A DNA stretch of 64,000 nt from the NCBI GenBank assembly GCA_036785375.1, contig JAWMAR010000104.1, positions 4,278,001-4,342,000 on the forward strand, in the 5' to 3' direction. Position numbers and translations under genes: made by a program. This document shows positions 63,355 to 64,000 of the stretch, one piece after another. The notes under the pieces were generated by a model. It did no database searches, was not told the DNA's origin, and was given only the letters and a program-made list of their open reading frames with translations. Positions within the stretch are counted from its first letter, which is position 1. The number at the start of each line of letters is the position of its first letter. The DNA comes from Leucoraja ocellata. Taxonomy: Eukaryota.

Positions 63355-64000
63355 CACAATTGAAATCAGAGCGAAGTTGTTAAATATCTAGACCAGAAGT
63401 TGCAGTCATTTTTATGACGTCCGTTGAAATCGCAACTTTATGGTTGATGTTAGATTGAAGCTATCCTGAACTTTTCTTTCTGTTTTATTATATTGCCGAA
63501 ATATAGACGGTTTGCTTCCATGGGTGTATGCAACAGCTATATTCGCTCTTCAACTGCGGTGCACACCAATGTTTCTGTTACATGGCATTCCTGAGAAAAG
63601 TAACGATTCACAATTAATCCCTCAGTTTCTAGAAAAATTGTCCGAAACAAAATCAGGTTTTGCATTCGGAGCTAATTTTGTTAATTTAAAACTGTCGTCA
63701 TAAATTACTATCTGCCACCATTGGTAACGAAGCAGTGATTCAGCTGAACCAGTAAATCATTATCTTCCGATCCTACAATTGCAATTTAATTGAATATGGT
63801 AAAAACAATCATTTTATTTTCTAGCATATGGACAGGTTATATTACATTAAAAAAATAGTTGCACAACTGTACTTGCAATAATAATTATATAGACAACAAT
63901 AGAACAACACCCCGTTCGAGGGATGCATAATTATTGAGCCCAAACGATGAAGAAGCGTCCATTGTCTGAAATAAAATTCCGAGTATGGTGCTAAGGATTT

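Larger units (their letters stand above)
46930..64000. repeat. Segmental duplicate of the A+B block (matches ~2160-6500, then ~25200-38430)
   Basis: Colinear matches including shared TE insertions; the window ends in sequence matching ~38390-38425. Confidence 0.9.

Noticed and set aside
1-64000. CRISPR arrays, tRNA, rRNA or prokaryotic systems
   Set aside because: None seen; the repeats are eukaryotic duplications and retroelements.

Overview
Vertebrate genomic DNA. The repeat content points to a cartilaginous fish, probably a skate or ray (inference). The window is part of the variable region of a clustered protocadherin locus transcribed on the minus strand. It holds seven ~2.45 kb variable exons of three subtypes, in left-to-right order A1, A2, A3, B1, C, A4, B2. 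Each complete exon encodes a signal peptide, six cadherin repeats, a TM segment and a variable cytoplasmic tail, and every exon ends at a phase-0 GTGAGT donor. C loses its 5' part in an N gap and A4 has a 1-bp frameshift. No constant exons are visible; they should lie left of base 1. The six exons with visible 5' ends share an ungapped ~124 bp promoter block (CTCF-type CSE with CGCT box, CCAAT, GC box, CCAAT, YY1). The array was built by a ~9.4 kb tandem triplication whose breakpoint lies inside a CR1 LINE, plus a larger A+B block duplication (46930 to end), with visible gene-conversion mosaicism. Spacers contain CR1 fragments, fossil Penelope-like elements, and short Penelope-type inverted-repeat insertions with 12-15 bp target-site duplications and minimal hammerhead-ribozyme motifs. 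These motifs are mostly intact on the antisense strand and broken on the protocadherin sense strand. All motif calls were made by eye; nothing was searched or computed.
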